Positions 55,538 to 63,762 of a DNA stretch of 64,000 nt are shown here, piece after piece (positions within the stretch are counted from its first letter, which is position 1; every line of letters starts with the position of its first letter). The stretch comes from Candidatus Roseilinea sp. (GTDB lineage: Bacteria; Chloroflexota; Anaerolineae; J036; Brachytrichaceae). The stretch lies in NCBI GenBank assembly GCA_026003755.1, contig BPHV01000001.1, positions 654,393 through 718,392 on the forward strand, written 5' to 3'. The translations under genes were made by a program, and so were the position numbers. The notes under the pieces are model-generated. The model was given only the letters and a program-made list of their open reading frames with translations. It was not told the DNA's origin and did no database searches.

Positions 55538-55965
55538 AAGACACTTATTTAGCGGTAGCCGAACGCATTCGTCGTGAGTTGGTTGGCATTCGTCGTGAAG
55601 CTGACAAAGCGCGAAGGAACTGGCAGCGGGCGAAGGCATCAGGCGATGAAGCATATGTTGACAGTGTGGCGCTCAGCCTGCACGGTTTTTACACGGGTGT
55701 TGAGCGCGTTCTCGAGATGATTGCGACTTCGATTGATCAGTCAATGCCGTCGGGTGAGCATTGGCATCAAGCGTTGCTGGAGCAGATGGCGAATGAAGTA
55801 CCGGGCGTGCGACCGGCCGTGATCGGAGGCGAAGCACAAACAGCGCTCAATGAGTTGAGGCGCTTCCGTCACGTGGTGCGAAATGCATACACTTACGACT
55901 TCGACCTGGTCAAACTTGAGACGATCATAAACATTTTGCCAATCGCAGAAGCGCATATGAATTAA
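55534..55965 (+). CDS. HepT-like (HEPN-superfamily) protein, putative toxin partner of the MNT
   Basis: GTG 55534 overlaps the MNT stop as GTGA. 143 aa with FYTGVERVLEMIA ... WHQALLEQM ... LRRFRHVVRNAYTYDFD, which I recall from HepT-like partners of MNT genes. Confidence 0.65.
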   Translation: MKDTYLAVAERIRRELVGIRREADKARRNWQRAKASGDEAYVDSVALSLHGFYTGVERVLEMIATSIDQSMPSGEHWHQALLEQMANEVPGVRPAVIGGEAQTALNELRRFRHVVRNAYTYDFDLVKLETIINILPIAEAHMN

Positions 55966-55991
55966 GGAAGAGGCGATAGCTCAGGACTGAG

Positions 55992-57443
55992 ATGCTTTCA
56001 CTGATCACGTTCATCCCAATCATCGGCGCAGCGGTCGTGGCGCTGGCGCCTCGGCGCCTGGCGCGCGTCATCGCGCTGGCGGCCTCGCTGGTCGCGTTTG
56101 TCCTTTCGCTGGGGCTGTTGGCCGCCTTCGATGCGTCGCAGGCCGGCTACCAGTTCGTCGAGTCGGCGCCGTGGATTCCCCAATTCGGCATCGGCTACAA
56201 GCTGGGTGTGGACGGCGTCAGCATCTGGCTGGTGCTGCTCACCACGTTCATCTTCCCCATCGCGCTGTGGTTCTCCGGTGAGTCCATCCACGAGCGCGAG
56301 AAGGCCTACTACGCGCTGATGCTGCTGATGGAGACGGCGACGCTGGGCGTGTTCCTCGCCCTGGACATGTTCCTGTTCTACGTGTTCTGGGAGTTCGCGC
56401 TGGTGCCGATGTACTTCATCATCGGCCTGTGGGGGGGCGAGCGGCGCACGTATGCGTCGGTCAAGTTCTTCATCTACACCATGGCCGGCAGCGTGCTCAT
56501 GTTGATCGCCATCCTGGCGCTGGGGATCAGCGCTGGCACGTTCGACCTGGAGGTCATCGCGCGGAATAACGGCGCCTTCGCAGCCAACGCGCTGCTCTTC
56601 CTGGCTTTCGCCATCGCGTTCGCGATCAAAGTGCCGGTCTTCCCCTTCCACACCTGGCTGCCGGATGCACACGTGGAGGCGCCGACGGCCGGTTCGGTGA
56701 TCCTGGCCTCGGTGTTGCTCAAGATGGGCAGCTACGGGTTAATTCGCTTTAACCTGCAGCTCTTCCCCGAGGCCAGCGCAGCCTTCGCCCCACTGATGAT
56801 TGCGCTGGCGGTCATCGGCATCTTGTATGGCGCAGTGGTCGCCTTCGCGCAAAGCGACGCGAAGAAGCTCGTCGCCTACTCGTCGGTGAGCCACATGGGC
56901 TATATCCTGCTCGGCATCTTCGCCCTCAACCAGATCGGCATCCAGGGCGCGATCTTGCAGATGGTCAACCACGGCCTGAGCACCGGCGGCCTGTTCCTGA
57001 TCATCGGTTTTATCTACGAACGTCGCCACACGCGCGAGATGAACCGATTGGGCGGCCTGTGGGCCAAGATGCCGCTTTACGGCACGCTGGCGCTCATCCT
57101 GGCGCTCAGCTCGGCCGGCCTGCCGGCCCTCAACGGCTTCGTCGGCGAGTTCGTCATCCTCCAGGGCGCGTTTGCAACAAACCCGCTGGCGACCGTCTTT
57201 GCGGCCTTCGGCATGGTGCTCAGCGCCGCCTACCTGCTCACCATGTTCCAGAAGATCTTCCTGGGCGAGAGCCGCGACCCGGCCAACGAGGCGCTGCGCG
57301 ACTTGAATTGGCGCGAGGTGATCTCGGTCGCGCCGCTGATCGTCATGTGTTTCGTGATCGGTCTATACGCTGCGCCCTTCTTCAACCTGATGAGCAGCAG
57401 CGTGGCCGGCTTGTTGACCGGCGCCGGCCTTGCGATGCAGTAA
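55992..57443 (+). CDS. nuoM: NADH-quinone oxidoreductase subunit M
   Basis: The WIPQFGIGYKLGVDGVSIWLVLLTTF signature belongs to NuoM/ND4. 483 aa. Confidence 0.95.
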   Translation: MLSLITFIPIIGAAVVALAPRRLARVIALAASLVAFVLSLGLLAAFDASQAGYQFVESAPWIPQFGIGYKLGVDGVSIWLVLLTTFIFPIALWFSGESIHEREKAYYALMLLMETATLGVFLALDMFLFYVFWEFALVPMYFIIGLWGGERRTYASVKFFIYTMAGSVLMLIAILALGISAGTFDLEVIARNNGAFAANALLFLAFAIAFAIKVPVFPFHTWLPDAHVEAPTAGSVILASVLLKMGSYGLIRFNLQLFPEASAAFAPLMIALAVIGILYGAVVAFAQSDAKKLVAYSSVSHMGYILLGIFALNQIGIQGAILQMVNHGLSTGGLFLIIGFIYERRHTREMNRLGGLWAKMPLYGTLALILALSSAGLPALNGFVGEFVILQGAFATNPLATVFAAFGMVLSAAYLLTMFQKIFLGESRDPANEALRDLNWREVISVAPLIVMCFVIGLYAAPFFNLMSSSVAGLLTGAGLAMQ

Positions 57444-57463
57444 CGCCCGGGGGAGCAGACGCT

Positions 57464-58324
57464 GTGGATTCGCGAATCGCGTTCGAGCTTGGCCCGCTGC
57501 GCGTGCATTGGTATGGCGTCATCGTCACGACCGGCATGATCGTGGCCACTTACATCGCGGCGCTGGAGATGAAACGCCGCGGGGAGGACCCTGGCGTGGT
57601 CTGGGATGGCGCGCTGTGGGTCATTGTGCTGGGCATCATCGGCGCGCGGCTATACCATGTCTTCTCTTCACCCAACGACGGCAGCAACAGCGGTTGGGCT
57701 TATTACCGCCAGAACCCACTTCAAATCTTCGCCATCTGGAACGGCGGGCTGGGCATCTACGGCGGCTTGATCGGCGGCATCATCGGCGCCTGGCTCGTCA
57801 GCATCAAGCGCCGTGTCCGCTTTCGCCGGCTGGCCGACAGCGTGGCGCCCGGCCTGCTGCTCGCCCAGTCCATCGGCCGCTGGGGCAACTATTTCAACCA
57901 GGAGCTATACGGCGGGCCAACCGGTTCCACCTGGTGGGGCATCACCATAGACCCGACCTTCCGCATCCGCACTCCGAGCGTGGATTTCACCGACCTGCAG
58001 CGCTATCCGCCAGAGACGCGCTTCCACCCCACCTTCTTCTACGAGTCGGTTTGGAACTTCATCGGGTTCATCGGGCTAATGGGGGTCGCACGGCGCTTCC
58101 AAGATCGTCTGCGCGACGGCGACTTGATGGCGATGTACTTCATCTGGTACGGGCTAGGCCGGTCGTGGGTGGAACTGCTCTTTCGGCCCGACGCCTGGAC
58201 GTTTGGCGCGCTGCCGACGGCCGTTTGGATCTCCCTCGGCGGCATCGTCCTCGGCGCTGCAGTGCTGCTCGCCAACCACATCGTTCGCCCGCCCGTTGCG
58301 CCGCAACGCGCGACTTCGGCGTAA
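57464..58324 (+). CDS. lgt: prolipoprotein diacylglyceryl transferase
   Basis: GTG 57464 follows GGGGGAG. Contains HWYG, GARLYHV, GGLGIYGG and GRWGNYFNQELYG motifs. The upstream part of listed ORF 57059-58324 is an out-of-frame shadow of nuoM. Confidence 0.9.
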   Translation: MDSRIAFELGPLRVHWYGVIVTTGMIVATYIAALEMKRRGEDPGVVWDGALWVIVLGIIGARLYHVFSSPNDGSNSGWAYYRQNPLQIFAIWNGGLGIYGGLIGGIIGAWLVSIKRRVRFRRLADSVAPGLLLAQSIGRWGNYFNQELYGGPTGSTWWGITIDPTFRIRTPSVDFTDLQRYPPETRFHPTFFYESVWNFIGFIGLMGVARRFQDRLRDGDLMAMYFIWYGLGRSWVELLFRPDAWTFGALPTAVWISLGGIVLGAAVLLANHIVRPPVAPQRATSA

Positions 58325-58328
58325 CCCT

Positions 58329-59189
58329 ATGCCGCGCTATCGCATCACCGACTCGTATGAGTTGCCCGACGACGATCTGGATGAGGAAACCTACGAGGGC
58401 GCACTCTATCGTCGCCGGCGTCGGTCGCCCACCGGCGCGTTAGCGGCGCTCGGCGTGCTGATTGCGGTCGGCATAGGGGCGGCGAGCGCGTTCGCCGTCA
58501 CCGAGCGCCAAGAGCGCGATGCGTTCTGCTTATCGTGCCATACCGCCCAGCATCGCGCCTACGTCGAGCGCGCCCAGTCGGCGATCGCCGGCGCGCTTGC
58601 GCCCGATCTGTCCAGCTATCACTACCAAAGCATCCACGGCGCCGGCGGCGAACTGCGCTGCATTGACTGTCATCGCGGCAACGGCGGCCTCCGTCACCGC
58701 GTGGACACGCTGATCCTCAGCGCGGAGCTGGCCGCGCTATGGCTGGTCGGTCAGGACGACCAGCGCCTGGAGAAAACCGCCATCACGACGACGGTGACCG
58801 GCGGGATCACGCGGACGGTGGCGCAGACCACGCTGGGCTTGCGTCGGCCGCACCTCACCAACGAGGGCTGCGTGACGTGTCACCAAGCGCAGTTGCTGAT
58901 CGCGGGCGCGGCCAACCACATGCACAACACCCTGCCGGCCGCCTATGAAGCGTGGAAGCGCGGCGCGCCGTTGACCGCGCCGAAGGATGAAGCAGACCCG
59001 CAAGCCATCATCGCAATGGGGCTGGTGCGCTATGAGACAACCGTGCAGTGCGCCAACTGTCACCAGGCGCATCGCGCATCAGACGCAGCGCGTTTCCTCG
59101 ACCTTCAAGGCGTCGTCAAACCCGCCTGCGAGCAGTGTCACCGCGAGACCGGTCAGGGGCCGGCCGAGGTGACGATAGCAGAGGAGTAG
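58329..59189 (+). CDS. membrane-anchored pentaheme c-type cytochrome (NapC/NirT-like)
   Basis: From ATG 58329. One N-terminal TM (GALAALGVLIAVGIGAASAFAV) and five CxxCH motifs: CLSCH, CIDCH, CVTCH, CANCH, CEQCH. Confidence 0.8.
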   Translation: MPRYRITDSYELPDDDLDEETYEGALYRRRRRSPTGALAALGVLIAVGIGAASAFAVTERQERDAFCLSCHTAQHRAYVERAQSAIAGALAPDLSSYHYQSIHGAGGELRCIDCHRGNGGLRHRVDTLILSAELAALWLVGQDDQRLEKTAITTTVTGGITRTVAQTTLGLRRPHLTNEGCVTCHQAQLLIAGAANHMHNTLPAAYEAWKRGAPLTAPKDEADPQAIIAMGLVRYETTVQCANCHQAHRASDAARFLDLQGVVKPACEQCHRETGQGPAEVTIAEE

Positions 59190-59228
59190 GTCGTTTGCCG
59201 GATGTAAGCGCGCGTCTTGAGCGCTGTG

Positions 59229-60041
59229 CTACTCTTCGATGAACTCGACCCGTTCGTAGCCGGCGTTCAATAAGATGCGCTCGATGGCGATTTGTGCGTT
59301 GCGGCGGGCGTCGTCCAGCAGGCCGCTCTCTATCGCCGTCGTCCGGATTGCCTCCAGCGCCTTCTCGCGCGCTTGCGCCTCCAATTCTTTGCTCTCCGGG
59401 ATCAGCAGCAGGTTCGTGCGGTCATACACGCGCGTCGTGCATGGCTGCGTCGAGTCATCAATCAAATACGCGTCGAGCAGTTGGGCGCGCGGCAGCTTCA
59501 CGCGCACCGTCTTGCCGTCGTCCAACACGTCCACGTCGCTATCTCTGAGCTGAGCGAGCGCGACGCCGGCTTTCACCCGACCACACGCGATGAGCACTAA
59601 CTTCTCGTAGAGCACATTGCCCACGCGCGCCTGCTGAACTTCGACGATGGTCGAAAGCAACGACTGCGCAGTCGCCAGTTCGCTAATGGCGCGCACCTGC
59701 AGCACAGCCGGCGGCCGCACCACAACCGTAGGCGTAGGCAGCGGAATCACCGTCTGGATGATGTTGGACGGGTTGGCGCGCTCGACCGTCTCCGCCACGC
59801 GCTGGATGGACTCACGCACGGCAAAGGCGACCAGCGCGCCGGCGATCAGCAGCGCGAGCGCAATCATGCCGGCGCCGATCAGACAGCCCAGCACAGGCTG
59901 CGACAGGCCACGCGCCGGGGCAGGCGCCGATGTCATCTGAGCATCCGGCTGCCGCTCCGGGCGCTGCATCTCCGACGACGGCAGCGCTTCCGCAGGATGA
60001 CTGCGCGCGGTCACCCGCCGGTGTGCGCTCGGGTCAGACAT
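59229..60041 (-). CDS. DUF4230-like membrane-anchored protein
   Basis: N-terminal TM. The body (LVLIACGRVKAGVALAQLRDSDVDVLDDGKTVRVKLPRAQLLDAYLID) resembles DUF4230. This is recognition from memory. Confidence 0.55.
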   Translation of the reverse strand: MSDPSAHRRVTARSHPAEALPSSEMQRPERQPDAQMTSAPAPARGLSQPVLGCLIGAGMIALALLIAGALVAFAVRESIQRVAETVERANPSNIIQTVIPLPTPTVVVRPPAVLQVRAISELATAQSLLSTIVEVQQARVGNVLYEKLVLIACGRVKAGVALAQLRDSDVDVLDDGKTVRVKLPRAQLLDAYLIDDSTQPCTTRVYDRTNLLLIPESKELEAQAREKALEAIRTTAIESGLLDDARRNAQIAIERILLNAGYERVEFIEE

Positions 60042-60327
60042 CGGCAGATTGCTCAGGCGCCGACGGGATCAAACCCAGCTTGCGCGCGTGCTCTTCCAGC
60101 TTACGCACACTTGGCTCGGTCAGCCGCGAGCCGTCGGCGAAGACGATCGTCGGAATGCTACGGAAGCCATTGTTGACCGATTTGACGAACTCCTCCGCCT
60201 CTTTGTTCTTGTCCACATCTATCCACTCGTATGGGATGTTATGGTTGTCAAACCAAGCGCGCGCTCGGCGCGTATCGCCGCACCACATGGCGCCGTAGAA
60301 CTTGACGGGGGGTTGGGTGTTGGACAT
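60034..60327 (-). CDS. mycoredoxin/glutaredoxin-like protein, monothiol CGDT variant
   Basis: VKFYGAMWCGDTRRARAWF...EFVKSVNNGFRSIPTIVFADGSRLTEPS parallels the actinobacterial mycoredoxin pattern (WCGYC...EFVGSVNGGNRTVPTVKFADGSTLTNPS), recalled from memory. Confidence 0.7.
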   Translation of the reverse strand: MSNTQPPVKFYGAMWCGDTRRARAWFDNHNIPYEWIDVDKNKEAEEFVKSVNNGFRSIPTIVFADGSRLTEPSVRKLEEHARKLGLIPSAPEQSADV

Positions 60328-60436
60328 CGTTTCTGTTGCTTTTCTCTAATCCCTCGATCTTCGGCGTTATTATAAGAGACAGGGAGTAGAGCTTGAGAAG
60401 CCGGCAGGTGGCTGCTCCCCGGCGTTCAGCAGAACA

Positions 60437-61378
60437 TCATTGCAGCTCCCGCTTCACCGCCTCGTAGAGCGCCTCGGCGCACAGTTCGCGCAGGGAGAGG
60501 CAGCTTGCGTTGAGCTGCTCGGCCAGTTTGCGCGCCAGGCCCTGGTCGAACGCGACATGCTCCATGTTGATCACCACCGAGCGAATGCGTTCGTCGCGGA
60601 TCTGATTCGCGATGCGATGCGCTTCGACCTGCGGCGGCAGATTACCCATGCTCACATTGCCGGCGCCGTCGGTGAGCACGATCAGCAACGGCATCACCTC
60701 GGGATGCAAGCGCTTCTCGCGTAGGGTGACGTGCAGCGACAGCGTGAGGCCGGCGCTGAGCGGCGTTTTGCCGCCGACCGGGATGTCGCGCAACGCCTTC
60801 TGGGCCAGCTCCACCGACGACGTGGGCGGCAACACCAACGTGGCGCTGTTCTTTTGGAAGACGATCAGGCCGACCCGATCGCGGCGCTGATAGGCATCTG
60901 TCAGCAGCGACATGATCGCGCCCTTGGTAGCAGCCATTCGCTCAGCCACGGCCATGCTCCACGATGCATCTAGGACGAACAGGATGAGGTTGGCTGCCCG
61001 GCGCACGCGCACCTTCCGGTGAATATCCGACCGGCGGACATACAGGGCCGGCGGAGATGCGGGCGCTGCGTGCGGACTTTCGCCCGCGCTCGATAGTGCG
61101 TCAGCTTGCTGGCGACGCGCTCGCTGGTGCACAGCGGCAGCGCGCAACGTCGCATCGAAGGCGACATCTTCGATGCGTCCTTTAGACGGCAGGGCTTTGA
61201 TATAACGCCCGCGCTTGCGCTTGGTGCGGGTGGTGCTGCGTTTGCCGGCGCTGTTGCGCGTGATCTTATCGAGCGGCGTGTTCAGCTTGCGCGCGCGGAA
61301 CACCTCGCCTGGGGCCATCTTCTGACCGCCCTGCCAATCCTGCGCCTGTTGCGGCGCCGTGGGAACAGTTTGCGGCAT
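60437..61378 (-). CDS. VWA domain protein (ChlD/BchD C-terminal-like, lacks the AAA-like N-domain)
   Basis: MIDAS context LFVLDASWSMA. Also contains GLIVFQKNSATLVLPPTSS, GGKTPLSAGL and LTDGAGN. Confidence 0.8.
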   Translation of the reverse strand: MPQTVPTAPQQAQDWQGGQKMAPGEVFRARKLNTPLDKITRNSAGKRSTTRTKRKRGRYIKALPSKGRIEDVAFDATLRAAAVHQRARRQQADALSSAGESPHAAPASPPALYVRRSDIHRKVRVRRAANLILFVLDASWSMAVAERMAATKGAIMSLLTDAYQRRDRVGLIVFQKNSATLVLPPTSSVELAQKALRDIPVGGKTPLSAGLTLSLHVTLREKRLHPEVMPLLIVLTDGAGNVSMGNLPPQVEAHRIANQIRDERIRSVVINMEHVAFDQGLARKLAEQLNASCLSLRELCAEALYEAVKRELQ

Positions 61379-61416
61379 GAGCTGCGCGGGGCTTTCCGAG
61401 CTGTCTATGTCCTCGT

Positions 61417-62526
61417 TCAGCCCCGACTCACTTTTTTTGCCATTGCATCCGGCTGCTGGGGCGGCGGTTGCGAATCGGCAGCAGCCTGCGCCTGAGCCTG
61501 CTGCTCGATTTGTCGCAACTTCTCACTGAGCGTGGCCATCGCCTGCTCGGTATCCTGGAAGGGATGGCGCTTCAGGCGGTGCGGCAAGGCCAGCTCCGCT
61601 GCCAACAGGATGTCCTGCTCGGCGATCGCGTCGCGGCCCATAAACGCAGCGTGCGCCCGCGCCGTTTTGAGGATGACCAGGTCGGCGCGGTGGCCATCCA
61701 CGCCAAGGCCGGCGACCAGATTGGCGATCGTCGCCAGGTCGCGTTGAGTGTGTTTGACGGAGGGCAACCGCGCGCGCGCCTCGGCGATCTCCAACGTGAG
61801 CGCCTTCTCGTAAGGCTCCCACTCCTTCATGAACGCCGCCGGGTCGCTCTCGAAAGCCAGATTGCGTTCCAGGATGGTCATGCGGGCGCGCGGGTCGCGG
61901 ATGCCCATGATGTCCACGCATAGCGCAAAGCGGTCGAGCAACTGCGGGCGCAAGTCACCCTCCTCCGGGTTCATCGAGCCGATCAGCACAAAGCGCGCCG
62001 GGTGACTGAAGCTGATGCCTTCGCGCTCCACCACGTTGACCCCCATCGCAGCAACGTCGAGCAACAAATCCACGACATGGTCGTCGAGCAGGTTGACTTC
62101 GTCCACATAGAGCACGCCGCGGTTGGCTGCGGCCAACACCCCCGGCTCGAAATGCTTCTCACCTTTCTGGATCGCCTTTTCGATGTCAAGCGTGCCAACC
62201 ACGCGGTCTTCGGTGGCGCTTACCGGCAGATTCACAAAGCGCGTCTTGCGCCGCACAATCTTGAACGACTCGCCGGCCGCGGCGCGCCGCTTGAGATCCT
62301 CAGTAAACGAGGCGGGATTGGCCGGATCGCACGAGAACGGATCGTCCTCGATCACGTCTATTTCGGGCAAAATGGCTGCCAGCGCGCGCGCGGCGGTGCT
62401 CTTGGCCGTCCCGCGTTCGCCGCGAATCAATACGCCGCCGATCTGCGGATAGATCGCATTCAGAATCAGCGCACGCTTCATGCGGTCTTGTCCGACGATC
62501 GCAGTGAAAGGAAAGATGATGGCCAT
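61417..62526 (-). CDS. ChlI/BchI-type AAA+ chelatase ATPase subunit
   Basis: Opens FPFTAIVGQDRMKRALILNAI. Walker A is GERGTAKST, Walker B is LYVDEVNLLDDH. Also contains FVLIGSMNPEEGDLRPQLLDRF. Confidence 0.9.
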   Translation of the reverse strand: MAIIFPFTAIVGQDRMKRALILNAIYPQIGGVLIRGERGTAKSTAARALAAILPEIDVIEDDPFSCDPANPASFTEDLKRRAAAGESFKIVRRKTRFVNLPVSATEDRVVGTLDIEKAIQKGEKHFEPGVLAAANRGVLYVDEVNLLDDHVVDLLLDVAAMGVNVVEREGISFSHPARFVLIGSMNPEEGDLRPQLLDRFALCVDIMGIRDPRARMTILERNLAFESDPAAFMKEWEPYEKALTLEIAEARARLPSVKHTQRDLATIANLVAGLGVDGHRADLVILKTARAHAAFMGRDAIAEQDILLAAELALPHRLKRHPFQDTEQAMATLSEKLRQIEQQAQAQAAADSQPPPQQPDAMAKKVSRG

Positions 62527-62616
62527 ATCAATTCAATGCTATCACACCGATATGGCGCGATCGCGCAGCGCAATTGCGCTTCCGTGGCACAGTGACACAA
62601 TTCCGATTACCATAGC

Positions 62617-63762
62617 ATGATCCGCATCATCGAAGTAGATACGACCGACCGGGACCAGGTGCGTCAATTCCTGGACTTCCCGTTTCGCATTTATCACGAT
62701 GTCCCGCAGTGGGTGCCGCCCCTGGCCGGCGACGCGGCGCGCCAACTCGACCGCACACGTCATCCGTTCTTCCGGCACTCAGACGCGGCCTTCTTCCTGG
62801 CCTACCGCGACGGCGACGTTTGCGGGCGCATCTGCGTGCTGGACAATCGTCACTACAACGAGTTCAACGCCAGCCGGACGGCCCATTTCTTCTTGTTCGA
62901 GTGCGAGGACGACTTCGGCGCGTCACGCCGCTTGTTCGACGCGGCATATCAATGGGCGCGCCGGCGCGGTCTGGACTCCATCGAAGGGCCAAAGGGCATG
63001 ACCGCGCTGGACGGCTTGGGCCTGCTGGTCGAAGGGTTTGCCCACCGTCCGGCGCTGGGCATCCCCTACAACCGCGACTATTACCCGAAGCTGTTAGAGG
63101 ACGCCGGATTCATCGGCAAAGGCGACATTGTCTCCGGCTACCTCAGCCCGCGCACACTGAACCCGGCGGCGTTTGAGCAGATTGACCGCGTGGCCGAACG
63201 TGTGAAAGCGCGGCGCGGGCTGCGCGTCGCGCGCTTCACCTCGCGGCGCGCCTTGCGCCGCGCCGTGCCGGCGCTGCTCGACCTATACAACGGCGCGCTG
63301 GGACGCGCAGCGGGCAACGTGCCGTTCACGCCGGACGAAGCCCAGGTGATGGCCAGTCAGCTCATCTGGTTCGCCGACCCTCGGCTGATCAAGCTGGTAT
63401 ACAAGGCGAACGAGCCGGTCGGATTCCTGCTGGCCTACCCGGATGTCTCCGAAGCGATCCAACGCGTGCGCGGCCGGCTGTGGCCGGTGGGATGGCTGGC
63501 GCTGTGGCGCGCGCGGAAATCCACCCGTTGGGTAAACATCAACGGCATGGGCATCGCAGAGGCCCATCGCGGCGGCGGCGGCAGCGCCGTGCTGTTCAGC
63601 GAGATGCGCCGGAGCATCGTCGAGGGCGGCTATGAACACGCTGACCTGGTGCAGATCGGCGTCGAGAACTTGCCGATGCAGCGCGAGATGCGCGATCTCG
63701 GCATCACGTTTTACAAGACGCACCGCATGTATGCGCGGGCGCTGGGGTCAACCGTCACCTGA
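62617..63762 (+). CDS. putative GNAT-fold acyltransferase (about 380-aa family of unknown substrate)
   Basis: The opening FLDFPFRIYHDVPQWVPPL...PFFRHSDAAFFLAYRDGDVCGRI resembles a recurrent GNAT-like family. Assignment is from memory only. Confidence 0.45.
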   Translation: MIRIIEVDTTDRDQVRQFLDFPFRIYHDVPQWVPPLAGDAARQLDRTRHPFFRHSDAAFFLAYRDGDVCGRICVLDNRHYNEFNASRTAHFFLFECEDDFGASRRLFDAAYQWARRRGLDSIEGPKGMTALDGLGLLVEGFAHRPALGIPYNRDYYPKLLEDAGFIGKGDIVSGYLSPRTLNPAAFEQIDRVAERVKARRGLRVARFTSRRALRRAVPALLDLYNGALGRAAGNVPFTPDEAQVMASQLIWFADPRLIKLVYKANEPVGFLLAYPDVSEAIQRVRGRLWPVGWLALWRARKSTRWVNINGMGIAEAHRGGGGSAVLFSEMRRSIVEGGYEHADLVQIGVENLPMQREMRDLGITFYKTHRMYARALGSTVT

